Assembly (NCBI GenBank): GCA_965204045.1 | Contig: CBDBDW010000002.1 | Span: forward strand, 3,026,260-3,090,259 | Source: Gammaproteobacteria bacterium | Lineage (GTDB): Bacteria > Pseudomonadota > Gammaproteobacteria > Eutrophobiales > Eutrophobiaceae | DNA: 64,000 bases | Direction of reading: 5' to 3' | Shown: positions 52,601 through 60,332 of the stretch, piece after piece | Layout: every line of letters begins with the position of its first letter | How positions within the stretch are numbered: position 1 is the stretch's first letter | Notes under the pieces: generated by a model | What the model was told of the DNA's origin: nothing | What the model saw: the letters and a program-made list of their open reading frames with translations, nothing else | Databases searched by the model: none | Program-made: the position numbers and the translations under genes

Positions 52601-55188
52601 GGCGCGACTGACAGGGACGACACCCCCGGCACCGTCAGGGTCCCGCTCCAGGAGCCGCACACCGTGCCGTTGCAGGCGCGCACCTGGTAGTGCCAGTCGC
52701 CCGCGGCGTGGCCGGCGGTGACCGCCTTGCTCAACGCGGCGCCGTCATGCTGGGATGTCCAGGTGAGTTTGTCCCGGCTCGCCTGCAACCGGTACCGGGT
52801 CGCATGGGTGACCGCCGCCCACCTGACCGTGTAGGTCCCCAACACGGTCGGCGCACTCGACGTCGGCGTCGCCGGCCCGGCCGGCACCGGCCCCGTGACC
52901 GCCACGCTAACCGGGCCGGCCACCGGGGTCACGCACAGGGACCTGATGTAGGTATTGCAGCGGTAGGTCCGGTAGGAGTAGGCGCCGCCGGGCTTCCCGG
53001 TGAACGCCTTGGAGGTCGTGCCCGGGGCATACCGGCCCACCACCGTCCAGGCGCCGCCCTCGTAGCGCTCGCTCAGTTGCAACGTGCCGGCGCCCGCCTG
53101 CCAACTGACCGTGTAATTGCCGTCCTTACTCGGCGAGGGCGCGACTGACAACGCGTTTGTGACGGTCACCGTCTTGCTGCCGCTCCAGGCGCCGCAACCG
53201 CCGCCGTTGCAGGCCCGTACCTGGTAGGCCCAGGCGCCCGCCGGCACATCGGAAAAGGTCTTGCTGGTCCCGGCCACCGACGCCGGCGCCGACCAGTCCC
53301 CGCCGTCCTTGCGCGCCCGCCAGTTGTACCCGGTCGCCCCGGTCACCCGCCCCCAACTCAGCGTGTGCGCGCCCGTGCCGGAAGCCGGCCCCGTCGGTGT
53401 CGCCGGCGCCGCCAGCGGCGTGCCCTCGCCCGCATCGCTCCACTCGGACCAACCCCCCGCGTTCTGCGCCCGCACCCCGACCCCGTAGCTCACCCCGTTA
53501 TCCAGGCCGGTTATCGTAGCGACAGTGTCCGCGCCGCTGGCCGCATAGGTCGTCCAGCTGCTCCGCCCCCGGGGCTTGCTGCGCAACTGGTAGGCCAGTA
53601 TCGCCGAGCCGTTGTCGTCCGGCGCATCCCAGGCGACGCCCAGCCCCCCGGTGCCCGTCGCCACCCGCGGCGCAGCCGGTTTGTCCGGCTCGTCCGCCCC
53701 GGGCACCGTGACCCTGGCGCCGGGACTGAACTTCGACCAGCCGGCCGCATTCCGCGCCCTGACGTGAACCGTGTACGTGCCCCCCGCCAATCCCGTGAGC
53801 GTGGCGCGGGTGGCCGTGCCGGCCGGGACGGTATTCTGCCAGACGCCGGCGCCGAGCCGGTAACGCAGCTCGTACCGGGTAATGGCGTTGCCGTTGTCGT
53901 CGGGGGCGGTCCAGTCCACGCTGATTTGCCCTGTGCCCGCGCGCAAGGTGGGCCGCGCCGGGGCATCCGGCAGGTCGGGCGGGGGCGGGCGGACCGTCAG
54001 GGTGGCGGGCGCCGGGGCCGAGGTCCCGCCCGGGCCGGTGCAGACCAGCGTGTCGGTGCGTGTCGCGGTACGCTCCCCGGCCAGCCAACGGCCGCTCGTC
54101 GCGCGCGTCACGCCGTTCAACGTGCAACTCGTGGCGTCCGTGGACGACCAGGTCAGGGTCGAGGACCCCCCGTAGTCTACCATCGAGGGATTCCAGGCCA
54201 TGCTCGCGGTCGGGCGCGGCGGTGGCGTCACCGTCACGCTCACCGGCCCGGCAGTCACCACCTCCGTGCTGCCGGCCTGTATCACCAGTCGATAAGCATA
54301 CGTCTGCGCCGCCTTGTTGCTGAATGCGTGCGAGGTCGCCGAGGCGCCCACGCCGGACACTTCGGACCAGCGGTTGCCGGCGCCGCCCACCCGCTCCTGC
54401 AACTGCTGGCACACCCGGCTGCCGCCAAACGGCACGTTGAAACAGCGGGGCAGGGTCCATCTGACCGTGTAAGACCCGTTCGTGCTGGTGGTGGGGGACA
54501 CCGTCATGCGCGCCCCGCTCGCCGGCGTGCCGCGACCACTGGCGCTCCAGCCTGATGCGCCCGCGGAGTTGCGCGCCCTGATCTGTACCTCGTATTGCGT
54601 CCCGTTCACCAACCGCTGTATCGACGTGCTGGCGCCCGCGCCGCTGAACGCATGATCGCTCCAGGACAAGGCGCCGGTGCGCTTGTAGCGCACGTCATAA
54701 TCCGTGATGGCCGCGCCGTTGGCGGCCGGCGCCGTCCAGGTCACCGACAGGTAGGTGCTGCCCGCCGTAATGACCGGCGCGGACGGAGCGTCCGGCGCCG
54801 TTGCCGACGGCGGTTGCGGACCCGACGGCGTCGACGTCACCGTCACACTCACCGCGCTCTCCGAATCCTGGCAGACGGTGTTGCCGAACACCGTAAAGCA
54901 GCGCTCGGTCTTGTAACTGTAGGCGCCCGCCGCCTTGCCGCTGAACGCCTTCGAGGTCACCGTCCGGGCATACGTGCCCACCACCGACCACTCCCCGCTG
55001 CCCGCCTTCTCGTGCAGGCGCGTCTTGATGACTGCATTCGGCGGCGCGGTCCAGGTCACCGTGTAACTGCCCGTGCTCGGCGAGGGCGATATCGATATCG
55101 CCGCCGTCGCCGCCGCGGCCACAAACCACTGCGCCGACAGGAATACGAATCCGACAAGCGCGTTGCGCCAGGGGCTTTTCATCCACAC
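43666..55188 (-). CDS. 3840-aa polymorphic toxin: signal peptide, FN3/Ig-like repeats, SpvB-like and FG-GAP region, RHS/YD core, lysozyme-like C-terminal tip
   Basis: N-terminal signal peptide; repeated W..P..NG..I..Y/VRA.N..G.S.WS; GEFRVAESGAATY..GVGWSL; DxDGDG repeats; GFTGHE..NGRIYDP..NPLNATDPSG; tip with QES..GLYQM. Confidence 0.93.
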   Translation of the reverse strand: MWMKSPWRNALVGFVFLSAQWFVAAAATAAISISPSPSTGSYTVTWTAPPNAVIKTRLHEKAGSGEWSVVGTYARTVTSKAFSGKAAGAYSYKTERCFTVFGNTVCQDSESAVSVTVTSTPSGPQPPSATAPDAPSAPVITAGSTYLSVTWTAPAANGAAITDYDVRYKRTGALSWSDHAFSGAGASTSIQRLVNGTQYEVQIRARNSAGASGWSASGRGTPASGARMTVSPTTSTNGSYTVRWTLPRCFNVPFGGSRVCQQLQERVGGAGNRWSEVSGVGASATSHAFSNKAAQTYAYRLVIQAGSTEVVTAGPVSVTVTPPPRPTASMAWNPSMVDYGGSSTLTWSSTDATSCTLNGVTRATSGRWLAGERTATRTDTLVCTGPGGTSAPAPATLTVRPPPPDLPDAPARPTLRAGTGQISVDWTAPDDNGNAITRYELRYRLGAGVWQNTVPAGTATRATLTGLAGGTYTVHVRARNAAGWSKFSPGARVTVPGADEPDKPAAPRVATGTGGLGVAWDAPDDNGSAILAYQLRSKPRGRSSWTTYAASGADTVATITGLDNGVSYGVGVRAQNAGGWSEWSDAGEGTPLAAPATPTGPASGTGAHTLSWGRVTGATGYNWRARKDGGDWSAPASVAGTSKTFSDVPAGAWAYQVRACNGGGCGAWSGSKTVTVTNALSVAPSPSKDGNYTVSWQAGAGTLQLSERYEGGAWTVVGRYAPGTTSKAFTGKPGGAYSYRTYRCNTYIRSLCVTPVAGPVSVAVTGPVPAGPATPTSSAPTVLGTYTVRWAAVTHATRYRLQASRDKLTWTSQHDGAALSKAVTAGHAAGDWHYQVRACNGTVCGSWSGTLTVPGVSSLSVAPSPSTDGNYTVSWTGARCLGSFRGNLLCRVLQERVGDDGTWTGVAGVGTRATSKALSKTVSGTYYYRLLLGTTVVAGPVSVVVARTPAATLTWDPPTVAYGGSAVLTWRGVNVNKCTLNGTDRGLSGTWQATNQRRTRTDTLACTAADSSTVTATVTLPVPPATPAKPTATTPDAAGRYTVRWTRTDNATRYELEARHEDDTDWTRHDMGAALSKAFSDREGGDWRYRVRACNAPAVCGEWSEALTVEVPEPPQHLPTATAPDVWGNYRVSWKKVTGAQRYLLQEARGAGGWLTQYTRYVLNQTFTGKAPGDWRYRVRACPASGACGEWSEALTVEVPERPVPAVPTATDPGVSGDYTVSWVKTGNAARYLLREKHEDAAAWTEYDAGEVSSKAFTGKAAGDWTYQVRACRGTVCGGWSKALTVTVPEAGPPDAPDAPALTPGDGTLGVEWDAPADNGSPITGYTIRHREHGSNANWTTRALNGTGASTAITGLDNGVEYAVQVRARNAEGDSPWSESARGTPAAALTAPAGLSGPPGSTGGHTISWQPVTGATRYELRIRQDQETATVRNTGTATRVAFSALADGNWHYAVRACRDAQCSPWSKALTVAVGDGTVPDAPRPAETTADSIVPATESINADKVGTLAGEFRVAESGAATYRIDLPLPPGSAGATPPLGLHYNSQRGNGLLGVGWSLDGLSAITRCRQTYAQDGKAQPLRFNDKDRFCLDGARLLRTDRTQTYGAANTTYKTETDGFLTVTVKGSRNGQPDYFEVARKDGSVSTYGAAGKDDSEHKVYNRTGNTASDKILTWALQQVKDSAGNKILYDYTADTDGHRINKISYAYGATNTARAEARFSYDGNRKDNTLGYLAGYKLQGTQRLNKITVYGAGTSGALSALRNYRLRYGSATTHVLSRLAGVKECVGSGTSACLPETKFTWSAPAPGFKSAAATALALNRDDWTPVDFTPADLNGDGHTDLVWTEIDEDKENHRIQYALADPANGALTGQDFTNGRSALQYGDDYGESDYGDNLRVHTEAVDYNADGRLDIMVYSEQTDRTTVYLAKPQTTGGWRLDGAGMVLRFNKRYRYADLDADGLADAYRLVAVDKDNNELPAGLTQVPLGYHLEVRYLKRDTAKTVTSDQYYKYGPAKTLSVPFTQLAPILPPEGSPPGTRPAYLRWQTLAQADLPLADVDGDGRADLITWGTSWSNIFQLLMDQRRLEVFRQTDTGFEHYGRADPIILSDTYATILPKGARVADLNRDGLTDLVYFVGQWYRKSKGNYRWTGNWHYRLSTGAGFTAATKLTGVAAGDQAPSSPSLHDDNGDGYPDFLYHDVPNDRLVVRRWSPAHGAFKTGAPAHVRDTDGEDAEVFFSADMNGDGNGDLLHVPEASGSTETLKVYHHNTAGRPHLITAITNGLEAKTQVTYESLGATDNYVRIAQLHSTPGEARCITWDLGAALRVRLARLDADGDGGQYCWTAVESTLQDADAFYKALNAPWADPKDKTDPLKGSLTEPLINTAGDAPVLELMGPLYVVTQVRSSAPTAANAKATSGIGYVYERGKMQAAGRGLLGFRTLTTVDLQTGVRTATTYRQDFPYIGLPLRTEVRTASGKLLRAAQNTWKLKGYKSSWDARTEQTGPTAGTGSARLGALQPYIETSVEDVYALPVTANGTETAGAKLSTVTTVTAVDNHGNPTTITATTEDHANGKRFQQVTANTYGPDDWARQRGRLTQATVTRKRNETANSDSYDAKLTATRTSSFTYYPGNNTGNTDNTDPRKGLLKTEVREAIPGGDGEDGIPAHTTTYDYDKFGNRVKARVDVDWGMTPGKKNATRCNHNTVEYDSYGRFVVKERDCLNRVVRRMSTYNQHGLPVQSERVINSSPLRTVSTTYEYTPGGRLYFARSADGAYTGTAWKACDSNCPTGAKYYIETRQPGNVGTEAGRTVRTDRVSREYRDALGRVVRTATKGFAEKTWIVTDTAYDNLGRVARQSAPYHAGASRYWTSYTYDLLGRVARTELPDYVAGTTNSVITVSYAGQVTTTTNGKGQRQTETRNALGEVVRSADHAGTTVTHSYDAWGQVTSTTTSGTGVSDVVVTRAYDKRGRKVEETAPFYTGTGESDRNKWKYEYNGFDELVKQTDAVGNVQAMAYDGLGRLKTRKDTLPKATTAVTTATWTYDPANGLGQLGQVTDGTTTRTHTYDSLGRLATTTHNLGTDGTYYSKQTYDRYGRVHQLFDATRTGNTDAAWNDNVVQVHYNDWGYAYQWTDGVHVNDTPRKTYRTITAQDARGNVTGEELGGGAVRTVRTFNDKTGRIEGITGKDVLDRQVQALTYEWDRVGNLTSRGETSVGKMLTERFTYDNLNRLTEAQVTGRRAQTVRYDALGNITCKSDLDNTDCTAMGARNYTYGSTRPHAVTRAGSHSYTYDRNGNQLTGAGRTLTYTPFNKVASIEKGTTTTSFVYGPERTRIKRTDEMRDNNGTTTTTTLYLGNVEKVIAPGGSYTWKRYITDGVLIEQTHDKTGARTGELTCYLLYDHLGSIDVITDAFGTVVQDLSFDAWGQRRAPDDWTVLALLRLTDTGHGSKTPYGFTGHEMLDAVGIIHMNGRIYDPRLGRFMQADPIIQFPNYSQSWNRYSYVLNNPLNATDPSGYIFKKLFKGLNKLFGDFAPFLGIALLAIPGVQAWVIESWIHAFQFGFLTGGIATGSFKGALFGGISAAAFSAIGQHFSAVTGLADGGVAHVLTHGLAGGILAELQGGQFGHGFLAAGLSKAVMGRFRYDDVSTPAVLGRTAIAATVGGTISRITGGKFANGALTSAMAQLFNAESHARRAARNRAQQFLDEVIKPTLDELGMGGAAAEELLLGTAIQESDLVHRRQLSGGPGLGLYQMEPRTHNDIWANFLKYDPALAENISAFLTSGNKLWNLQHNDAYATAMARMQYLRVTDGLPAAGNLTGQANYWKTHYNTIKGGGTESQYVRKWEYYRGN

Positions 55189-55307
55189 ATCTCCTCAGCC
55201 CGCGCCGGCGCGCCGGCGCGCCGGCGCCGCGCACAGGCAAGCCGCCGCGCGCCGCCGGCAAGACCGGACGGGTCCACGTTAATTGAATCGATTGTTATGG
55301 CTTTTCG

Positions 55308-56366
55308 ATGTATCCGTGTTATCGACCCGCCTTTGTTTCACCCAAGGACGTGACGCTCATGACCCGGGAACTGGCCACCCTGGTGGAGGCCGGGCTGCCC
55401 CTGGACCAGGCCCTGCGCAACCTGGGCCGGCTGCGCCTCAGGCAACCGGTGCAGCGCCTGTTGCGCCGGCTCTCGGACAACCTGCAAGCCGGCCTCAGCC
55501 TGTCGGATGCGCTGGCCAAACACCCGGACACGTTCGACAACCTGTACGTCAACATGATCAGGGCGGGGGAGTTCAGCGGTTCCCTGGGTGACGTGATAAG
55601 CCGCCTGGCAGACTACCTGGAGCGCATCGACTCGTTGCGGGCGCACGTGCTGACCAGCCTGATTTATCCTGCTGTCCTGTTCGGGTTTTCCATGTTATCG
55701 TTGATAATACTGATGACGTTTGTCATCCCGGAATTTATACCGTTGTTCGATAATGCCGGCCAGACGCTGCCGCCCCTGACCCGGGCCGTTTTTGCGATGT
55801 CACAACAGTTTCAGCAGTACTGGTGGGCGCTCCCGGCGGCGCTGTTGCTCATATTGCCGGCGCTGGAGAAATGCCTGCAATACCCTGCCTGCCGGCGTGT
55901 TGTCGATGCGGGTTGCCTGCGCCTGCCCTGGCTGGGCGAGGTTGTCAGGCAGGTGGAGGTGGCGCGCTTTGCCCACGGCCTGGGCACGGCAATCGGCAAC
56001 GGCGTGCCGCTGTTGAGCGGTGTCCGCCTGGTGAAAGAGGTGATCGGCAACGTCCGGATTGCAGAGGACATTGAAGCCGTGACCGTGAGCCTGGAGCAGG
56101 GCCGGTCCATGGCGGGACCCTTGAAAGACTCGCCGGTCTGGCCCGAGCTGGCCGCGCAACTGGTTGAAGTGGGTGAAACCAGCGGGCAGTTGGAGGCCAT
56201 GCTGGCGAAAATTGCGGATATCTACGAGCGGGAGGCGCAAACCGCCATAAAACGCTTCCTGGTTATCCTGGAACCGGCGCTGATCCTGGGACTGGGCGGG
56301 TTGATAGCAGTTATCATCGCCTCGGTGCTGCTGGCGCTATTGAGTTTGAATGCACTGGTAATATAA
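55308..56366 (+). CDS. gspF: type II secretion platform protein GspF (short N-terminus, start uncertain)
   Basis: TRELATLVEAGLPL, YVNMIRAGEFSGSL, VGETSGQLEAML, LEPALIL. Confidence 0.9.
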   Translation: MYPCYRPAFVSPKDVTLMTRELATLVEAGLPLDQALRNLGRLRLRQPVQRLLRRLSDNLQAGLSLSDALAKHPDTFDNLYVNMIRAGEFSGSLGDVISRLADYLERIDSLRAHVLTSLIYPAVLFGFSMLSLIILMTFVIPEFIPLFDNAGQTLPPLTRAVFAMSQQFQQYWWALPAALLLILPALEKCLQYPACRRVVDAGCLRLPWLGEVVRQVEVARFAHGLGTAIGNGVPLLSGVRLVKEVIGNVRIAEDIEAVTVSLEQGRSMAGPLKDSPVWPELAAQLVEVGETSGQLEAMLAKIADIYEREAQTAIKRFLVILEPALILGLGGLIAVIIASVLLALLSLNALVI

Positions 56367-56369
56367 AAC

Positions 56370-56798
56370 ATGCGTAACAATAAACCGAAACAACAGGCGG
56401 GCTTCAGCCTGATTGAATTGCTGGTCGTGCTGACCATCATCGCCCTGCTGGGGGCCATAGTCGGTCCCCAGTTGATAGGCAACCTTGGCGGCGCCAGGTC
56501 GGATACGACAAAAATCCAGATCGAGGATTTCGGCGCGGCGCTGGACCTGTTCTATCTCGATAGCGGCCGTTACCCGACCACCGAGGAAGGCTTGCGCGCG
56601 CTCATTGCCGCGCCGTCCGACCTGGGAACCTGGGACGGCCCCTACCTGAAAAAAAACACCATCCCCAGGGACGCCTGGGGCAATGATTACCGCTATGCGT
56701 CGCCCGGAAACAACGGGCCTTATGACTTGTATTCCTACGGCGCGGATAACGCGGAAGGGGGCGCCGGTGAGAGCGGGGACCTGCGCAGTTGGGAATGA
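56370..56798 (+). CDS. gspG: major pseudopilin GspG
   Basis: GFSLIELLVV, GRYPTTEEGLRAL, WDGPYL, DAWGNDYRY. Confidence 0.96.
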   Translation: MRNNKPKQQAGFSLIELLVVLTIIALLGAIVGPQLIGNLGGARSDTTKIQIEDFGAALDLFYLDSGRYPTTEEGLRALIAAPSDLGTWDGPYLKKNTIPRDAWGNDYRYASPGNNGPYDLYSYGADNAEGGAGESGDLRSWE

Positions 56799-57244
56799 AT
56801 CCGGGCTTTACTTTGGTCGAATTGCTGCTGGTCCTGGTTATCCTCACCGCGCTGGTGGCTGTGGTGGTCCCGCCGTTGCAACTCGGCGCGGTCGACAACG
56901 CCCGGTTCCGGCAGGCAAAGCAGGAGATTATTGCCGGGCTGCGCTTTTCCAGGAGCAAGGCCGTCAACACCCAGGACGTCGTCTCGCTCGCCGTTAACCC
57001 GGCAGAGGGCAGGATGCGCATTACCGGCGAGGACCGCAAGTTGCACATACCCGATGATGTCACGCTCACCATGACTACGGCGCCGTCCGGACAGTTGCCG
57101 GAAAACGAAAGCGCCGTCCGTTTTTTTCCCGACGGAAGTTCCACGGGCATGGAGTTTGTGTTCCGGCAGGGTGAACGGGTGTCACGCATCAGCGTGGACG
57201 GGTTGACCGGACGGGTCAGCAGCTTTGAAGGCTTTGAAGAGTAA
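56795..57244 (+). CDS. gspH: minor pseudopilin GspH
   Basis: GFTLVELL prepilin motif, RFFPDGSSTG; position. Confidence 0.85.
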   Translation: MNPGFTLVELLLVLVILTALVAVVVPPLQLGAVDNARFRQAKQEIIAGLRFSRSKAVNTQDVVSLAVNPAEGRMRITGEDRKLHIPDDVTLTMTTAPSGQLPENESAVRFFPDGSSTGMEFVFRQGERVSRISVDGLTGRVSSFEGFEE

Positions 57245-57245
57245 C

Positions 57246-57638
57246 ATGCGGCGGCGCCAGCCGGGTTTTACCCTGCTGGAGGTCGTCATGGCCTTTTTTA
57301 TCACCGCGGCATCGCTCGGCGTCGTATTTGAAATCTATGCGAAAGGCGTCACGGCGGCCGTGCTGGCGAACGAATATGCCTCGGCCCTGTCCATCGCCGA
57401 GTCCCGGTTGGCGGAGATATCCAATGACGCCGAAATGCGCAATCTTGAAAGCCAGGGCACGGAAGAAGGCCGTTATGACTGGAAGCTGCGCGCCACTGAC
57501 CACCTGGTTGCGAACAGGGGCGAGGGCGCGCGCGCCTCTTACTCCCTGTTACAGGTCGATGTCAGCGTCAGTTGGCGGAGCCAGGGCAAATCGCACGGCA
57601 TCGACCTGCGCACCCTGAAACCGATCATTCTCGAGTGA
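57246..57638 (+). CDS. gspI: minor pseudopilin GspI
   Basis: GFTLLEVV prepilin motif; position. Confidence 0.85.
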   Translation: MRRRQPGFTLLEVVMAFFITAASLGVVFEIYAKGVTAAVLANEYASALSIAESRLAEISNDAEMRNLESQGTEEGRYDWKLRATDHLVANRGEGARASYSLLQVDVSVSWRSQGKSHGIDLRTLKPIILE

Positions 57639-58327
57639 TGTTCTCCCGGCAACCCCGAATCCTTCGGCTTCCCGTTTGCGCCCGCGCGGCCTGCGGTTTC
57701 ACCCTGCCGGAGATGCTGCTGGCGCTGTTGTTGTTCAGCCTGGTGTTGCTCATGCTCTACGGCGCCCTGTTCCAGGCCGGCAACCACTGGCGCATGAGCG
57801 AGGTTCAATTGCGGAAAAACGACGATAAACGGTTCATCCTGTCGTTCATCCGCAGGCGTATTGAACAGGTGCTGCCGATTATCCAGGAGCAGGGCGGTGA
57901 TACCCGGATCATGTTTCGGGGCGGCAACCACAGCCTGGAATTCGTATCGGCCCTGCCGTCATACAACATGGACAACGGCCTGTATTTCCTCAAACTGGAG
58001 ATTCAGGAAGAGGAACTGGTGCTCAAGTACCTGCCGCTGGTCCGGCGCCGGAACATGTTCGCGGAAGATATCTTCGCAGACGCCGGACAAACCCGCCTGG
58101 CGCAGCGCGTGGACCAGGTTTACCTGGAGTATTTCGGCCGCCACAGGCCGGGCGCGGAACCGGCCTGGGGGGATGCCTGGGACAACCGCTACTGGTTGCC
58201 CCGGCTGCTGCGCATCCGCTTCGATACCAACGGCCATCACCCCTGGCCGCCGCTGGTCGTCTCATTGCGGTCACAGGCCGAGTGGAGGCCGCCCCAGTTG
58301 GCCCTCTACCTGGAAGATGAGGTCTGA
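57638..58327 (+). CDS. gspJ: minor pseudopilin GspJ
   Basis: GFTLPEML motif, C-terminal W..W...LPRLLRI; position. Confidence 0.85.
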   Translation: MFSRQPRILRLPVCARAACGFTLPEMLLALLLFSLVLLMLYGALFQAGNHWRMSEVQLRKNDDKRFILSFIRRRIEQVLPIIQEQGGDTRIMFRGGNHSLEFVSALPSYNMDNGLYFLKLEIQEEELVLKYLPLVRRRNMFAEDIFADAGQTRLAQRVDQVYLEYFGRHRPGAEPAWGDAWDNRYWLPRLLRIRFDTNGHHPWPPLVVSLRSQAEWRPPQLALYLEDEV

Positions 58328-59233
58328 ATGCAGGTTCTTGTCGCGCCCTGCCGGCCTTCAACGTCTGTCCCCCGGCAGCAAGGGATAGCGCTGGTGCTGG
58401 TCCTCTGGCTGGTGACGCTGATCTCCGTCATGGCCGCGGGGTTCAGTTATGCCATGCGCACCGAAACCTGGCTGACCATCCACGCCGCCGACGCGGCGCA
58501 GGCCCGCAGCCTGGCGGAAGCAGGCCTGTGGCTGGCTGTGGCCGACCTGTTAAGACCCTTATCCGAAAGACGCTGGCCGGCCGACGGCACACCGGCTGAA
58601 GCAGCCTTCGGGGAGGCAACAATCACCCTGCGCATCCAGGACGAAGCCGGCAGGATCGATTTGAACGAAGCCGGCCCGGCGCTCCTGCTGGGCCTGCTGG
58701 AAGCCGCCTCGACGCCGGGCCATGACGTGACGTTGCCGCGCAACGCCATCCTTGACTGGCGCGACCCGGACCATGATCGCCGGCTTCCCGGCGCTGAGGA
58801 CGCCGATTACCTGTCCGCCGGTTACGGTGCGAAAGACGGTCCGTTCAACAGTGTGGCCGAATTGCGCCGGGTGGCCGGGATGACCGATGAACTGTACGGC
58901 AACGTCCGCCATGCCGTCACGATCCACTCGTTGCGGCCCGGCGTGAACCCGCTGCTGGCGCCGCGCCTGGTCCTGGAAGCCGTGCCGGGCAGCGACGGCG
59001 CCCGGATCGATGACTACCTGGCCAACCGTCACAGGCCGGGAGAGGTTGCCGTCATTACGGATGAGGATCACCACTATTTCAATGCCGACCAGGGACGCAC
59101 GTTTACCATCGCCAGCACGGCCAGGGCGGGCCGCAGCACGTTGACGCTGACCGCGGTGGTTGAACTGGACCGGGACGTGAGCCCGCCGTATTCGGTGATC
59201 GGGTGGTCGGAATCAAAACTGCATTATGAGTGA
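58328..59233 (+). CDS. gspK: minor pseudopilin GspK
   Basis: QQGIALVLVLW, IQDEAGRIDLN, AILDWRDPD, SVAELRRVAGM. Confidence 0.9.
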   Translation: MQVLVAPCRPSTSVPRQQGIALVLVLWLVTLISVMAAGFSYAMRTETWLTIHAADAAQARSLAEAGLWLAVADLLRPLSERRWPADGTPAEAAFGEATITLRIQDEAGRIDLNEAGPALLLGLLEAASTPGHDVTLPRNAILDWRDPDHDRRLPGAEDADYLSAGYGAKDGPFNSVAELRRVAGMTDELYGNVRHAVTIHSLRPGVNPLLAPRLVLEAVPGSDGARIDDYLANRHRPGEVAVITDEDHHYFNADQGRTFTIASTARAGRSTLTLTAVVELDRDVSPPYSVIGWSESKLHYE

Positions 59234-60332
59234 CCGTCACTTGCCGCTATGGCGCGGCGCCGCGTTTCCGGCGTTCCTGAGGCGGCGCGCCCGGGATTTT
59301 TTCGCATGGTGGCGGGAGGGACTGCTGCTGGCGCTGCCGGAACGCTGGCGCGCCCGCTTGCGCCCTGTGCCGGATACCGTCACGGTGGAGGCGCAGGACA
59401 GCCTGCTGGTGTTCAAGCTCCATGACGGCGCCGGGCGGCGCCTGCGGGAAGAACGCGCCGTTGCCGCGCGGGACGAAGCGGGACAGGCCGGCATCAACCA
59501 CTGGCTGGAGAATCATGAAAACGAGATCGAACTCATCCTCTTGATCCCCCCTGACAGGCAACTGGACAAGCCTCTGACCTACCCCATCGCTTCAGAGAAG
59601 GACCTGCGCGCCGTCCTGGGGCACGACATGGACAGGCAGACGCCGTTTACCGGCAACCAGGTTTATTTCGACTACACCGTGACCCGCAAGGACCGGCGCG
59701 GCGGCAAAATCCACGTGCATCTCTACCTGGTGTTGAGAAAAACCCTGCACGATCTCCTTGAGACCCTGGGTTTCCTGACCAGGAAGCCGAACGCGGCAAC
59801 GACGGGCCTGGACGGTCGCAACGCAGGCATTGATTTCATGCCCGCATCGGAGCGGCAGGTTAACGGTGCATTCGACCGGCGCTTCAAGCTGACGGCATTG
59901 CTGTCGTTTATCCTGCTTATCGTTGCCCTGTACCTGCCGCTGCTGCGCTACGGCGCGTTAAACGAACAACTGGAAAACGAGGTCGGGGAAAACCGCGTAC
60001 AGGCCATGCAGGCGCAGTCGCTGATCGACAGGAAGCAGGCGATCCTGGCAAGGGCCAATTTTTTAACGAGCCAGGAGCGCTACAAAATTCCCTTTACCGG
60101 GGCGCTCCATGAGCTGACCCGCTGCCTGCCGGACGATACCTGGATCACACAGCTCGCCATCAACGAGGGTAAAATTCAGTTGCGGGGTGAATCCCTGGCG
60201 GCCGCTTCGGTGATTCGCCTGATCGAACAATCGGACTACTTTGAAAAGGCGGAATTCCGCTCTCCCGTCATCAAAAGCGCCGGCGGTCAAAAAGAGCAGT
60301 TCCACGTCGCCGCACGCCTGGCAACAAGATGA
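59226..60332 (+). CDS. gspL: GspL/XpsL (PilN domain)
   Basis: FFAWW, DMDRQTPF..VYFD, LPDDTWI, single TM; position. Confidence 0.8.
   Translation: MSDRHLPLWRGAAFPAFLRRRARDFFAWWREGLLLALPERWRARLRPVPDTVTVEAQDSLLVFKLHDGAGRRLREERAVAARDEAGQAGINHWLENHENEIELILLIPPDRQLDKPLTYPIASEKDLRAVLGHDMDRQTPFTGNQVYFDYTVTRKDRRGGKIHVHLYLVLRKTLHDLLETLGFLTRKPNAATTGLDGRNAGIDFMPASERQVNGAFDRRFKLTALLSFILLIVALYLPLLRYGALNEQLENEVGENRVQAMQAQSLIDRKQAILARANFLTSQERYKIPFTGALHELTRCLPDDTWITQLAINEGKIQLRGESLAAASVIRLIEQSDYFEKAEFRSPVIKSAGGQKEQFHVAARLATR

Noticed and set aside
45067-55353. Long + strand ORFs (511, 1101, 681, 396 aa)
   Set aside because: Antisense shadows of the GC-rich RHS gene with no recognisable motifs
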